Assembly: GCA_947593585.1 (NCBI GenBank)
Contig: CANQDP010000001.1
Coordinates: 53,381 to 117,380 of the forward strand
Length of the DNA: 64,000 bases
From: an uncultured Clostridia bacterium
GTDB taxonomy: Bacteria > Bacillota > Clostridia > Christensenellales > UBA1242
Direction: 5' to 3'
Position 1 is the first letter of the stretch, and each line of letters starts with the position of its first letter. Made by a program: the position numbers and the translations under genes. Positions 44,401 through 52,300 of this stretch are shown in pieces. The notes under the pieces were generated by a model. It saw only the letters and a program-made list of their open reading frames with translations. It had not been told where the DNA came from and ran no database searches.

Positions 44401-47287
44401 GCTAGACACAGACGGCTATATTTGGTTTGCGATTTCAAAACATCTCACTAGCGGAAGAAGTTATCGATTAAGGGTGCAAACGCTTGCTGGTTTAACAGAG
44501 AGCGAAGAAGCAAACTATTTGTTAGATTCATCACTTCCAACCAAATCCAACTTTGAAGTGCACAAACTCACCTCACCAACGCTTTCTGCTTACACTGAAA
44601 TTGGTGCTTGCTTGCGAGTGCAAAAAGGATATGCACAAGTGGGCGGCTTGCAAGCTTACACAGATAATTACGAAATCACTCTCACAAACAAACAAAATGG
44701 TCAGCAATATGTTTATTCAATCAATCAAGAGAGCGAAGGCGTTAGATATTCAAGCGGATATTTGCTCTACACCCTTCCATCTCAAATTGAAGTGAATGGA
44801 GAGCCTGTGTCGTTAGATAGCACAGCCACATATTCAATCAAGTTTAGAGCAATGGGGTTAGACACGGACGAAGGTCAAAACATTCTCAATGGTGATTATG
44901 GCGAAGAAATGAGCGTGCAAAAAGCAAATAGCGTGCTAGAAGCAAAAATTGAAAATGGCATTTTGAAATATAAAGTTGACCCAGAGCAAAGATATAATGG
45001 GGCATATATCCAAATAAGCTATTTAGTTGAGGACGGCGCAATAAAAGCGTTATACGAGGTTACTCAAGGCAAAGATATTGGCGATGGTTGGTATAGCTAT
45101 GAGTTTAAGGACGATGTGAGTTATCATGTGGAGAACTTAATCGATTATGAAAGCGTCAACTCTTCTCATGAATACACAATCAAGATTTACCTATTGGGCT
45201 ATCAGGCAAGCGATGTGATTGTGTTTAATAGTGATTTGTCGTTAGGCTTCACCACTCAACGCTTGACCGCTGTTGATAGAGAGCAGATTGTGGCAACGGA
45301 CGGCGTGCTCACATGGAACTCTATTGAAGATGCAGTGAACTATGAAATTAAAATTGTGGGCGATGAAACATATGAGCGCAGTGAAACAAACACTTCGCTA
45401 GACCTCACCGACATAAAAGCGGGAGATTATCAAATTTCAATCAAGGCGATAGGAAGCAACAGAATTAATGCGGTAAATTCAACGGCAGCTCAATCGTTTA
45501 AGAAGTTGCAAGAGGTTGATAAGCAAACTATTAGGTTTAATATGACCACCGTGTCATGGGACGATGTGGACGGCGCAAAGGGCTACGATGTGGTGTTTAA
45601 TTACACAAAAGCGGGAGCCCAAACTGAAACCACAGTTAGCGTGCAAGAAGCGTCTTGCGAAATGCCTGAGGGCGTTGAAGGCAAATTCACCATATCCATT
45701 CAAGCAAGAGCAAGAGAGGATAAATACACACTCAATTCATCTATTGTAAACCTTGAAACCACGCCAACCGCTCCAGCAGCACCAAGTGCAATCAGTTGGG
45801 ATGAGCAAAATGCTAGATTTGTGATAACCACCACGGATGACTTTGGCGAAAGCGATAAAATAGAATTGAATTTCACAGTGCAAGAATTCACATATTCATC
45901 TGGCGTGCAAGAAAGCTCGCAAACAACGAGTTTGGGTCCATACTATGTGAATTATAGTGCGGATGCAGCAAACACTTATTATTACTATCCTTCTCAAATG
46001 GGCAGATATATCTCAGTTTCTGCTCGAGTGGACAGAACAAATAGCCTAAGTTCGCAGCCTATCCATTACACAAGCTTAGTGTTCAACATATTCAGCGCGG
46101 GCAATGGCGATGACAAGCCTTATATCATTGCAAATATGGCAAATCTAACAAACATTCATCTGCGTCCAAATGCTAAATATGAGTTGGCAGAGGATGTGGA
46201 CATTTCAAGAATTAGTGCATCTTCGCTCATCGCACAATATGGTGCATTGTTGGCGGACGAATTCTCGGGCAGCTTTGACGGCTCACATAATGGAATTAAC
46301 CACACAATCAAGGGCTTCAACCTCTCATTTGTGGGCAGCGAATTTGCATTGTTTAAGACATTGAAAAATGCCACAATTAAAAACTTAACCTTAGGCTCAA
46401 GCGAGGGAGATAATCTCACAATTTCCGGCTCAGGTCAGCTAAAAGTTGGCTTATTGGCAATTAATAGCATTGGCTCAACAATCGAAAAAGTTAATATAAA
46501 TAACACAACAATTTCAGTTTATGGCTCAGTGAACACTGCTTATGTGGGCGGTTTGTTGGCTCAGGCGCAAGGCACAACCTTCACCGATTGCATAATTGAT
46601 TTGACAATCAACACCTCTTCATCTACTGCATTGTTATCAACTGGTGAAAAATATATTGGTGGCTTGGTGGCTTATGTTGAGGGTGGCAAAATCAGTCAAA
46701 CGGTTGGAGATAGCTCACAATTCAATTATATTGGCTCTGATAGGGCACGTTCAATCGTAACTTACCTTGGCGGCATAGTTGGGCGATATAAGTCCACAAA
46801 GCAAAGCAAAGGCACACTTCAAGGCGTTAAGATAGATGTGAATATGACCGATGCAAACGCTTCCAATTTAGGTGGCGTGGCAGGGCAGATTGAATATGTT
46901 GAAATGTCCGGCGCAGAGGTAACAACCAAAAATTCAAACAAAATTCAAACACTTGATATGAGTGCAAGCAGCAGCATCAACTTGGGCGGCTTGGTGGGCA
47001 AAGCACAAAGCAGCAGCATAACGAATTCTGGCGTGAATGTGGTGTTTAGCATCAACCTGTTGGTTACAACCAGGTCCGAAATAAGAATTGGTGTGCTTGT
47101 GGGCGAATTGTCTAGGGCGAGCTCGAGTGAAGATAAAAACACTCTATCTAATTGCTATTCCTACACGCAATTCATCTCGGGCGAAACTAAGTTAGACCAA
47201 GTGGCTTCAAGAGGCTACGGTGTTTATGGCTTTAGCGCAACTGATTCAACCAACTTTGGAAGCACAATTTGTGAGGCTAGAAGTTAG
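38468..47287 (+). CDS. Giant surface lipoprotein (2,939 aa): Big_2-like Ig domain, at least 8 Fn3-like modules, and a C-terminal GLUG-like beta-helix module
   Basis: N-terminus MVMSGVKKKSIILSIILVLFSLLAFGC has a lipobox-like end. ATG 38474 may be the true start, given SD GGGAG at 38462-38466. A Big_2-like segment spans 38570-38815. Fn3-like signatures include SKIEWSAIRNAAGYNVLIDG, GSLVWRNDPLAQGYSIKIAKNG, GVLTWNSIEDAVNYEIKIVGD and TTVSWDDVDGAKGYDVVFNY. From about 46120: KPYIIANMANLTNIHLRPNAKYELAEDVDIS, then VGGLLAQAQG, IGGLVAYVEGG, LGGIVGRYKS, LGGVAGQIEY, LGGLVGKAQSS. No LPXTG motif or C-terminal TM helix. Confidence 0.9.
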   Translation: MVMSGVKKKSIILSIILVLFSLLAFGCRVNTPVESIGFNTDEIGLSSIAMLKGEKFAPKVDFVPSFASNKKYALVSSNPSVVNVSGQEIVAVNEGFAYITAIADDNENIQTAIKVDVAASSTKLDSPSAMSFNSGVISFSSVENAVGYTLVISSSGVSHEIDLGNTTQYALSNFEALTHSAYDNLLSVKVRANAPNYTRAFETSDFSAETKIYQSSEVKNIAVRSVDNVSKLSFEHAQANKFNVYINDELWKEGTSEKSIELMNLPSKYAGQIISLQVEAWRDLGENYYPSQRTKINVEVLGCPELNVGASKIEWSAIRNAAGYNVLIDGAPSDEISMLNRCELEISTLNTPALNSGENNHTLTIEPVINRNNLAKTEASEYCTINFNFKKSTTPTFDRDKVYFPAENEIYLISLTQLDGDYSETIASREPEFSFSALPKGRYNFSVVVQGSKEEEDGDIVYYFSSSPTEKIIEKKEFEDYKLNLSASVGEKIKIMLDGSLLDDATYSSAISGASISEGVLTANETSVSINFKNITLPAGAHSINAFRMEEDVEGELILAEFTQLEEIPEIKLENETATVELTATNQNADAIIRFEVFASEESKFSHDGATLNFNTTNASQNDFLSAGEYTIKVLVLGNGSTTFSVREAGEDKKMADAEFTVLAAPTLRVDSTAVDGTKATVNFNEIAQAVNYKVFEKVDDYREFTSTNDAHFDFNLDEGKICFAVRAIGAGNVISSNYSEEIKIKRLKTPQLSYNKLQDKFEITDDNDSQTVLNYAINESVFEDKNLENFKPKFTPGENALKIVAHAKTGKQGDYFYLDSKESELIVEKIENTGVKVEICQDENFLIAQNGNYLNHIKVSLNDEGEFKLILKFNILGQTLTFNAANDQLVCTSLEKNYSLPFAYEENCFYISLLNADLSPIIKEMANSKEESLTYTLEVQLASVDDYDNLVASDAVEKELKTLPQSSINRDGEKISFKNVDASRSQTGYAILLDGQYLLKLDEENVLDKLGQFEFDFNYLSTKAQEFMMEFEDEVEHSISIITLSTDDQSVICLSKNFKFARSKHLEISSSKNLENPKVSSSVIISFKKVETDYASKEYIVNLFSGDMLSHTLKFTDANADESGTISFELDNEDLVGPIRINAYLSTSGTMGDEVNLFNSALSNELNFIKIAQATNLTIDNGMLNFQCVDNDKVAFYEIYREAGEKIGTTRTCQFDLFNLEYFATTNLQVRAVSVEELDGVYYTNADLSLAITAIKLNAPQVAVENGDFVLTIQELKSLQTLFGNGNAHIKANEKEIFENQPGVVFDYNLGKVYVEAYVLLSYGESVVSEQLTFQIIVNGFADEGLSTHYINSATSSISVSGLLQPIKLKVDLIETEDSETVDTIVIENNSLNPQNGISYSYIMRVTYLHTGEEQSAHTYSTLQGKFYYYETEINSQATFAENAVKLPTKFVPNGGREILFAEGSYLVEIKVVAVGGETIYCSSNYAKVKIDILSQVSPSVLDGSLVWRNDPLAQGYSIKIAKNGEDENAKILHTTSNSFDFTAQAIDDLTGVLSVQVKAVSHVKNSEQDGVLENRINSVWSDKYYVYRLDKASLVEVDDGSIVLSATEYFSTASFNFTNGATNPQVNYDAHLEKANELIAALESSSWDSPQGEDVAKVSLAKRQILDVDYDKFNIPSGIEYSLSVGLKGNTVDRDADTLPFVNSPILVTDLKVTKITSAESVAKKQGELYFNTDQNVAVEDFNHKFDEEENPTLSKAKIFRITITMGSESYPIYAFDYDTFISLNQEGTYNENIYLEDQHYGSLYAHFDISHNAETLRLNVFKNNTIDFNVDSVYYNKITVQDEEGNFVYKMEGAEPVSLDLSQGGVFNVSTLVLGGDSKQVSENHTAYITSSSMIRNFKRYAQNALSTSRGELRMVSLAERFGEEDVIDFPVYKVIAESNLEEAKTFFLYYNGKEDALKVTDDPDEQKGIYEKITLDTDGYIWFAISKHLTSGRSYRLRVQTLAGLTESEEANYLLDSSLPTKSNFEVHKLTSPTLSAYTEIGACLRVQKGYAQVGGLQAYTDNYEITLTNKQNGQQYVYSINQESEGVRYSSGYLLYTLPSQIEVNGEPVSLDSTATYSIKFRAMGLDTDEGQNILNGDYGEEMSVQKANSVLEAKIENGILKYKVDPEQRYNGAYIQISYLVEDGAIKALYEVTQGKDIGDGWYSYEFKDDVSYHVENLIDYESVNSSHEYTIKIYLLGYQASDVIVFNSDLSLGFTTQRLTAVDREQIVATDGVLTWNSIEDAVNYEIKIVGDETYERSETNTSLDLTDIKAGDYQISIKAIGSNRINAVNSTAAQSFKKLQEVDKQTIRFNMTTVSWDDVDGAKGYDVVFNYTKAGAQTETTVSVQEASCEMPEGVEGKFTISIQARAREDKYTLNSSIVNLETTPTAPAAPSAISWDEQNARFVITTTDDFGESDKIELNFTVQEFTYSSGVQESSQTTSLGPYYVNYSADAANTYYYYPSQMGRYISVSARVDRTNSLSSQPIHYTSLVFNIFSAGNGDDKPYIIANMANLTNIHLRPNAKYELAEDVDISRISASSLIAQYGALLADEFSGSFDGSHNGINHTIKGFNLSFVGSEFALFKTLKNATIKNLTLGSSEGDNLTISGSGQLKVGLLAINSIGSTIEKVNINNTTISVYGSVNTAYVGGLLAQAQGTTFTDCIIDLTINTSSSTALLSTGEKYIGGLVAYVEGGKISQTVGDSSQFNYIGSDRARSIVTYLGGIVGRYKSTKQSKGTLQGVKIDVNMTDANASNLGGVAGQIEYVEMSGAEVTTKNSNKIQTLDMSASSSINLGGLVGKAQSSSITNSGVNVVFSINLLVTTRSEIRIGVLVGELSRASSSEDKNTLSNCYSYTQFISGETKLDQVASRGYGVYGFSATDSTNFGSTICEARS

Positions 47288-47288
47288 G

Positions 47289-47894
47289 ATGGTTGAATTC
47301 TCAAAGATTTTTGGCTTCATAAAAAAACTTGCGCTCAATCTGGCAATCGCACTGTGCATTGTTCTATTTGTGGCACTATTGCTCATTTATGGCTTTGGCT
47401 TTAAGCTTTATAGCGTGCAATCGGCAAGCATGAGCCCCGCATTTGATAAGGGCGATTTGATTATTGTGAAAAAGGCAAAAAATTATAAGGTGGGAGATGT
47501 GTTGCAGTTTAATTATAGTGGCTTAAACATTTCTCACCGCCTGCTTAAAGTTTTGAATAGAAATGGCAAGATAATCTTTGTTTGTCACGGCGATGCGCTC
47601 GGGCATTTAGATGGCAGTTTGAGCGCACAAAATTGGCAGTATGATGCAGAACTTTTGCAAAACAAAAATTATTACGAAATTGCTCAATATGACGACGTGC
47701 AACTGGTGGAGGAGGGCGAAGTTTCTGGCAGGGTTAAAACAGTCTTTAAAGGGTATGGCACAGCATTCGACTTTGCTTCTTCTCACAAGTTTGCAATTAT
47801 TTCTTGGGTGGTTATATTTTGGCTTGGATTGGCAATAATTGATAATGAACTTGAAATGCACAAACGGGCAGGAAAGAATTTTAGCGTTGAATGA
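47289..47894 (+). CDS. sipW: Signal peptidase I, SipW-like (ER/archaeal type, S26B)
   Basis: N-terminal TM helix, then the catalytic Ser box VQSASMSPAFDKGDLIIVKK (SipW: SGSMEPTFKTGS), His box GLNISHRLLKV (SipW: VTHRV), HGDA (SipW: KGDNN), and a C-terminal TM helix FAIISWVVIFWLGLAII. The ATG at 47289 lies 1 nt after the giant gene's TAG (47285-47287). Confidence 0.8.
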   Translation: MVEFSKIFGFIKKLALNLAIALCIVLFVALLLIYGFGFKLYSVQSASMSPAFDKGDLIIVKKAKNYKVGDVLQFNYSGLNISHRLLKVLNRNGKIIFVCHGDALGHLDGSLSAQNWQYDAELLQNKNYYEIAQYDDVQLVEEGEVSGRVKTVFKGYGTAFDFASSHKFAIISWVVIFWLGLAIIDNELEMHKRAGKNFSVE

Positions 47895-47902
47895 ATAATT
47901 AA

Positions 47903-47931
47903 TTGACTTTTAATTAATAAAATGATATGAT
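47903..47931 (+). promoter_or_regulatory. Sigma-A type promoter
   Basis: TTGACT (47903-47908), 17 nt spacer, TATGAT (47926-47931). SD AGGAG precedes ATG 47950. Confidence 0.55.
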
Positions 47932-47949
47932 GAAAATAGGAGTGATAGT

Positions 47950-48444
47950 ATGGCAAAAGTGGAAGAATTAAAGCATGACTATATGGCGCCCCTTGTTCCT
48001 CGCTTGGCAAAGAAGGGCAAAGGCTATGTGTTTTATGCCTTTAATGGGGTTGCAAGTGATATGTATGATGAAGCAAAGCCTTATCAAGATGGTTTTGCCG
48101 AAGTTAGAATTGGGGATAGGACTTACTACCGCGATTTAATCGGTCAGGAATATTATAAAAAAGCAGTGAAGAATTCTTCTTCTGCTGAAATGCAAGCCTT
48201 CTTTGAGGGCAAGATTAGAGTGGAAGAGATTAAGCACATTTCTTTAGGAGTTGACGAGGTTTTCGATTTCGTCAATGCGGTTATCAGTGCAAGATATTCC
48301 CAACAAGTTGATATGGCAATTAAAGAGCGTAACGACAAAATGCTAAAAGCAGCATTAGACAAATATATATATGAAATTGCTGCCGCAAAAAGGCTTTCGC
48401 TTAAGGCAAGCAAGAAAAAGGCGGAAGAGGTTGCCACAATTTAA
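47950..48444 (+). CDS. Hypothetical cytoplasmic protein (164 aa)
   Basis: ORF with an SD and its own promoter. The N-terminal half (YVFYAFNGVASDMYDEAKPYQDGFAEVRIGDRTYYRDLIGQEY) weakly resembles a WG-type repeat. No confident family. Confidence 0.5.
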   Translation: MAKVEELKHDYMAPLVPRLAKKGKGYVFYAFNGVASDMYDEAKPYQDGFAEVRIGDRTYYRDLIGQEYYKKAVKNSSSAEMQAFFEGKIRVEEIKHISLGVDEVFDFVNAVISARYSQQVDMAIKERNDKMLKAALDKYIYEIAAAKRLSLKASKKKAEEVATI

Positions 48445-48466
48445 AAAAGCGCATTTGCGCTTTTTT
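48443..48466. terminator. Bidirectional terminator between the 164-aa gene (+) and spoIIID (-)
   Basis: A6-gcgc-attt-gcgc-T6 palindromic hairpin. Confidence 0.7.
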
Positions 48467-48763
48467 CTATAAATTTAAACTTTCAAATTCACTAAACTTA
48501 TTAGTGGCGTTTTTCAGTTGGGCAAATTTATGCTTGGTGCTTTCTCCGCCATGAATGTGTTTCACGCTGAAGTTTTCTTCCATAAGTTTTTGCACTTGCC
48601 TATAAAGTGAACGGTCGATGTCCTTTAGCTTCACGCTCAAGTCGTGATGCACTGTGCTCTTTGCTAAGCCGAACTTTGCTGCTGTGGCACGAATGGTCGT
48701 TTGTTCTTCTAAAATGTAATGCGCCAAAGCAATTGGGCGCTCATTGTCATAATAATAGTCCAT
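48467..48763 (-). CDS. spoIIID: Stage III sporulation protein D (mother-cell transcriptional regulator)
   Basis: 98-aa ORF. HTH TIRATAAKFGLAKSTVHHDL and conserved C-terminal basic region VKHIHGGESTKHKF closely follow B. subtilis SpoIIID (VRVIAKEFGVSKSTVHKDL ... RHLRGGEATKLKY). SD GAGGAG lies upstream. Confidence 0.9.
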   Translation of the reverse strand: MDYYYDNERPIALAHYILEEQTTIRATAAKFGLAKSTVHHDLSVKLKDIDRSLYRQVQKLMEENFSVKHIHGGESTKHKFAQLKNATNKFSEFESLNL

Positions 48764-48853
48764 AAAATCTCCTCAACATAATCTATTTGCTGAGGTCTTA
48801 AAATATAACAAAATTCGTCAAAAAAATCTTTTATCTTCTAAAAAGTGCAAAAC

Positions 48854-48921
48854 AAAAAAATATAAAAATAAATAAAAAATTTTTAAAAATGTGTGAAAAA
48901 TGATTAAAAAATTTAAAAAAA
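48854..48921. repeat. Phased A-tract array within a ~500-bp AT-rich spacer upstream of the >=4,900-codon gene
   Basis: A5-A7 runs start at 48854, 48864, 48874, 48885, 48896, 48906 and 48915 (spacings 10, 10, 11, 11, 10, 9). More, less regular tracts continue to about 49150. Confidence 0.65.
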
Positions 48922-49220
48922 TAAAAAATTTTTCATTAAAAATTTAAAAATTCAATAAAAATTGTCAAGGAAAATAAAAAATTTGTCAATTTTTAATTTT
49001 TTAAGAATTTTTCTTTCTTTTATATTAACTTTGTTTTGGGTGCTCTTAAAAATCAAATAGAAAAAAATAATAAAAATTAAAATAAAAATTCAAAAATCTA
49101 CTAAAAATTATTGAAATTTTTGCAATTTTTGAAAAATTTTTAACAATTTTATAGATTTGAATATATTTTTTCAAGCTATCTATTTTTCTTCAATTTTTTT
49201 ACATTTTTAGACAAATTGTT

Positions 49221-49249
49221 TTGACTTTAAAGCCTAATTTTATTATAAT
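49221..49249 (+). promoter_or_regulatory. Near-consensus sigma-A promoter of the second giant gene
   Basis: TTGACT (49221-49226), 17 nt spacer, TATAAT (49244-49249), about 50 nt upstream of ATG 49301. Confidence 0.6.
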
Positions 49250-49300
49250 TTAATTATTAATATTATTTGCTATTTTACGCAAGACTAATAGTGAGGGGTT

Positions 49301-52300
49301 ATGAAGAAAAAACTGTTTGGTGTGTTCACCGCTATTTTGTTGTTTGTGGCTTGCATAGGATTGTATGCTTGCAAGGGCAAGTATGACGATTTGCAATTCC
49401 GCATTTTTTATGCATACACTGAGAATGCCGAAAATTGGATTGACGGCACTGGTGGCATCGACTGCTTTTATGGAGATGAAGATGGTCAGCTTCCAATAAA
49501 AGACGGCAGCAGCAAGATATACATAAAAGTGGTGGTTGAAAACGTCAAAGCCAAGCATGTTGGAGATATTTTCGTTTCTTGCAGAACGGAGTCTACGGGC
49601 ACAAGCTTTAATGGTGCGATTGTTAAGCAAGACGAAGTGTTCAGCGTTGAGATGTCGGGCAAGGCGTCTATTGTGCTGAATGTGCGTGAAGCCAATTCTC
49701 AAAAAAACACCGATGTGCAGATAAACGCCTCTTATCCGCTCGAAAGAATGGAAGCCAATTATGATGTTATGCCTGCGCTATATGCAGATGAAACCCTCGA
49801 TTTAAACCAGGTGAAAGAGCAAATTATAAACTTCTACCCATTAGGTCAAACCAATCAATTAGATGTTAGTTTTGCGGTTAATAGTGTCGGGTTCTTCGAT
49901 GCTCAAAATGAATACCAGCGTTCGTCAAAAACCAGTTTGCTATTATCCTCAAATGCTGTGTCCATCACTAATTCTGTGTTGCGATTAAGCAATTATTCAA
50001 TCGACCTAATCAATGTGGACAATTATGTGCTTGAAATCATTGCAAAATCAAGCGCGGTTGCCGATCCTGTCACTCTTTATGTTTATGTTTTGCCAAGTGC
50101 GGATAGAAGCGTTGCTCCGCAAGTTGAATATAAAAACGACCTTGAAAACGCAGCAATAAATGGGCCAATTGTGCTTTATTCGCAATCTGGCGAGGCGGAA
50201 AATAATTATTCATCTGCCACTCTTCAAGCCAACGCAAATGTGCAAAGTCCGTTTGTGAAAGGTGTGCGCACTAAAAATGGTTTGGTAAACTATAACATTG
50301 CGCTTTATGTGGATGACGAGCGAGTTGATTTCTCATCGTCAAGTCAAAAAGTGGACGATGAAAATGGCTTAATCTTTGAAAATCCAAACAAAGAGGAAAA
50401 CATTTTCACAATCAACTCCACTTCTAACGGTAGCATAGGCAATTTGCTGATAGATTTTAGGCTTGAAGTGAACGAGTTTTTGTTCTCAAACGAGCACCGT
50501 CCAGCAAAGAGCGAATTCTTTGTGCAAAAAGGTCAGTTGGCGAGTGGCATTATCGTTGGCAATAGAGATTTGGGCAATTCTAGGCCATACACAAATGGCG
50601 GAGTTTACACCGATTCTATCTATGCCACACAGGGCGAAACGAAGCCAATTTTCTTAAATCTAGACATAAATTCACCTCAAAGCTCTAGCCAAAACATCAC
50701 GGCATATTCAATTGATTCCAGCCTTAGAATTTTAAATCAAAACCTTGAAGTTGTGGCCGGGGGTTCAATTGAAAATCGTTCGCAAATCTCGGTGAACTTC
50801 GCAAATCAAACAGCCACAAACGGCTCAATGATTTTGCGCGTTAGAAACAACCCTGAAACCTTCCAAGGCGTTGTGTGTGAGGCAAGCTATATTGACGTTA
50901 CAATCACCATCACTAAGGTGGTTGCTCCAGACGCCTTTGTTGTTTATCGTGATAGAGATTTCACCCAAACAATCAATTCAACCAATCGTGAAAGGTGGTT
51001 ATATTTGGGCGTGGGTGAAGAAAATTCATTCTTCGTTCGTGCTTATTACACAGGCACTGCTTTCGACCAAACTTGCGTGCAGATAACAAGCTCTAATTTC
51101 GCCTTTGCGGACGGGACAACTTCTGCTCAGCTTGGCGGATATTTGAAGGGCGGTGTTGAACTTGATGGTGATTTTGCCGGCAAGCCTTATTATGACTATG
51201 AAATTAAGTTTGCGCAAATAAATGCTTTGGGCGTTTCAAGCATTAATATCGTTGCTGGCGTGAACATTGGCGTGGAATATGTGTTCACAGCCGAATCAAA
51301 AATGATTTCGTCTGGTGAATTCACGATTAATGAACTTGCCGAGAGTTTGGATGTTACAAAAGTGAACGAGTTTGTGGCAAACGGCAACAAATATTTCAAC
51401 TATGCTTTAGTTTTAGATAAGAGTGCAAACTTTGAGGTTTTAGGCAAGGGCAAGGACGCAAATCAAGGCTTCTTGGCATCATATGTTAGTGGCATTCATG
51501 TTTCCGCCGTTGATGTTGATTTAGTGAGCGAGCATATTAGCCTTGATGCAGTTGCAGTTGATGATAGAGTGCTTTCTCAATATAACAATTTGTTTAAAGC
51601 CACGGGCGTGGCATCTGAGCGCACAACCATGATAAAAATAGCCGTGGATTATTATGTGTTTGACGGCTATTGCAAATTGATGTCCGGAGAAAACGCTGCA
51701 GAAATCTATGTGCAATTTGCGGTTTACACACCAATTGAAAGATTTGATAATCTCAATGCAACTTCCAGCCTTCTAACATATGTGGACGAAAACGCTTTCT
51801 TAGATGAAAATTTAGCGTCATCCACAGTTTCATTTGTGGCAAAAACAATCTTGGGCCGCAGCCCTTCATCTAGCGTTTGGTTTTACAATCCAACCAGCGA
51901 AAATCTTGAAGAGGTGAAAAATGCCACAAGCGTTAAGTTATATACCTCTCAAAAGACGATAGACAGCACAGTTGAATTGACATATAATCACGAAAGAATA
52001 GACACAGGCGCAATCCTTAGCAATGATGCTTCAATCACCGTCCGTTTAACCGGTGGCAAAACGATGGATAGCATTAGAATTTGGTTCACGGCGCTTCGTT
52101 TCGGGCAAGAGAGCAACAAGTCTTCTCGTGATGTGATTATCAATTTCCGCGATAGTGCAAAAGCAGATAGAGTGGAAATTTATAACGGCGATGACGGAGA
52201 TATCGTTGTGGAAGGGGACGGCATCAATAATGTGTATGTTTCCTACATTGACGTGGAAGATGACGAAACGCTTGTAAACAAAAAATTCTATGCCACTGCG

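Noticed and set aside
19224-47289. Longer track starts for several genes (19224, 19989, 24733, 34128, 35483, 38144, 47220)
   Set aside because: In each case the upstream extension runs through a terminator hairpin, a promoter -10 element or the preceding gene. A downstream ATG with a better SD or signal peptide exists in each case (19293, 20076, 24709, 34110, 35501, 38129, 47289).
48764-48830. Sigma-E-type promoter upstream of spoIIID
   Set aside because: Only a loose ATATT-like -35 element was found and no convincing CATACA-T -10 at the right spacing. The evidence is insufficient.
49124-49138. CodY-box-like palindrome aatttttgaaaaatt (similar ones near 15568 and 38238)
   Set aside because: The centre does not match the AATTTTCWGAAAATT consensus (3 central mismatches or a 1-nt register shift). 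Such sequences are expected by chance in this AT-rich DNA.
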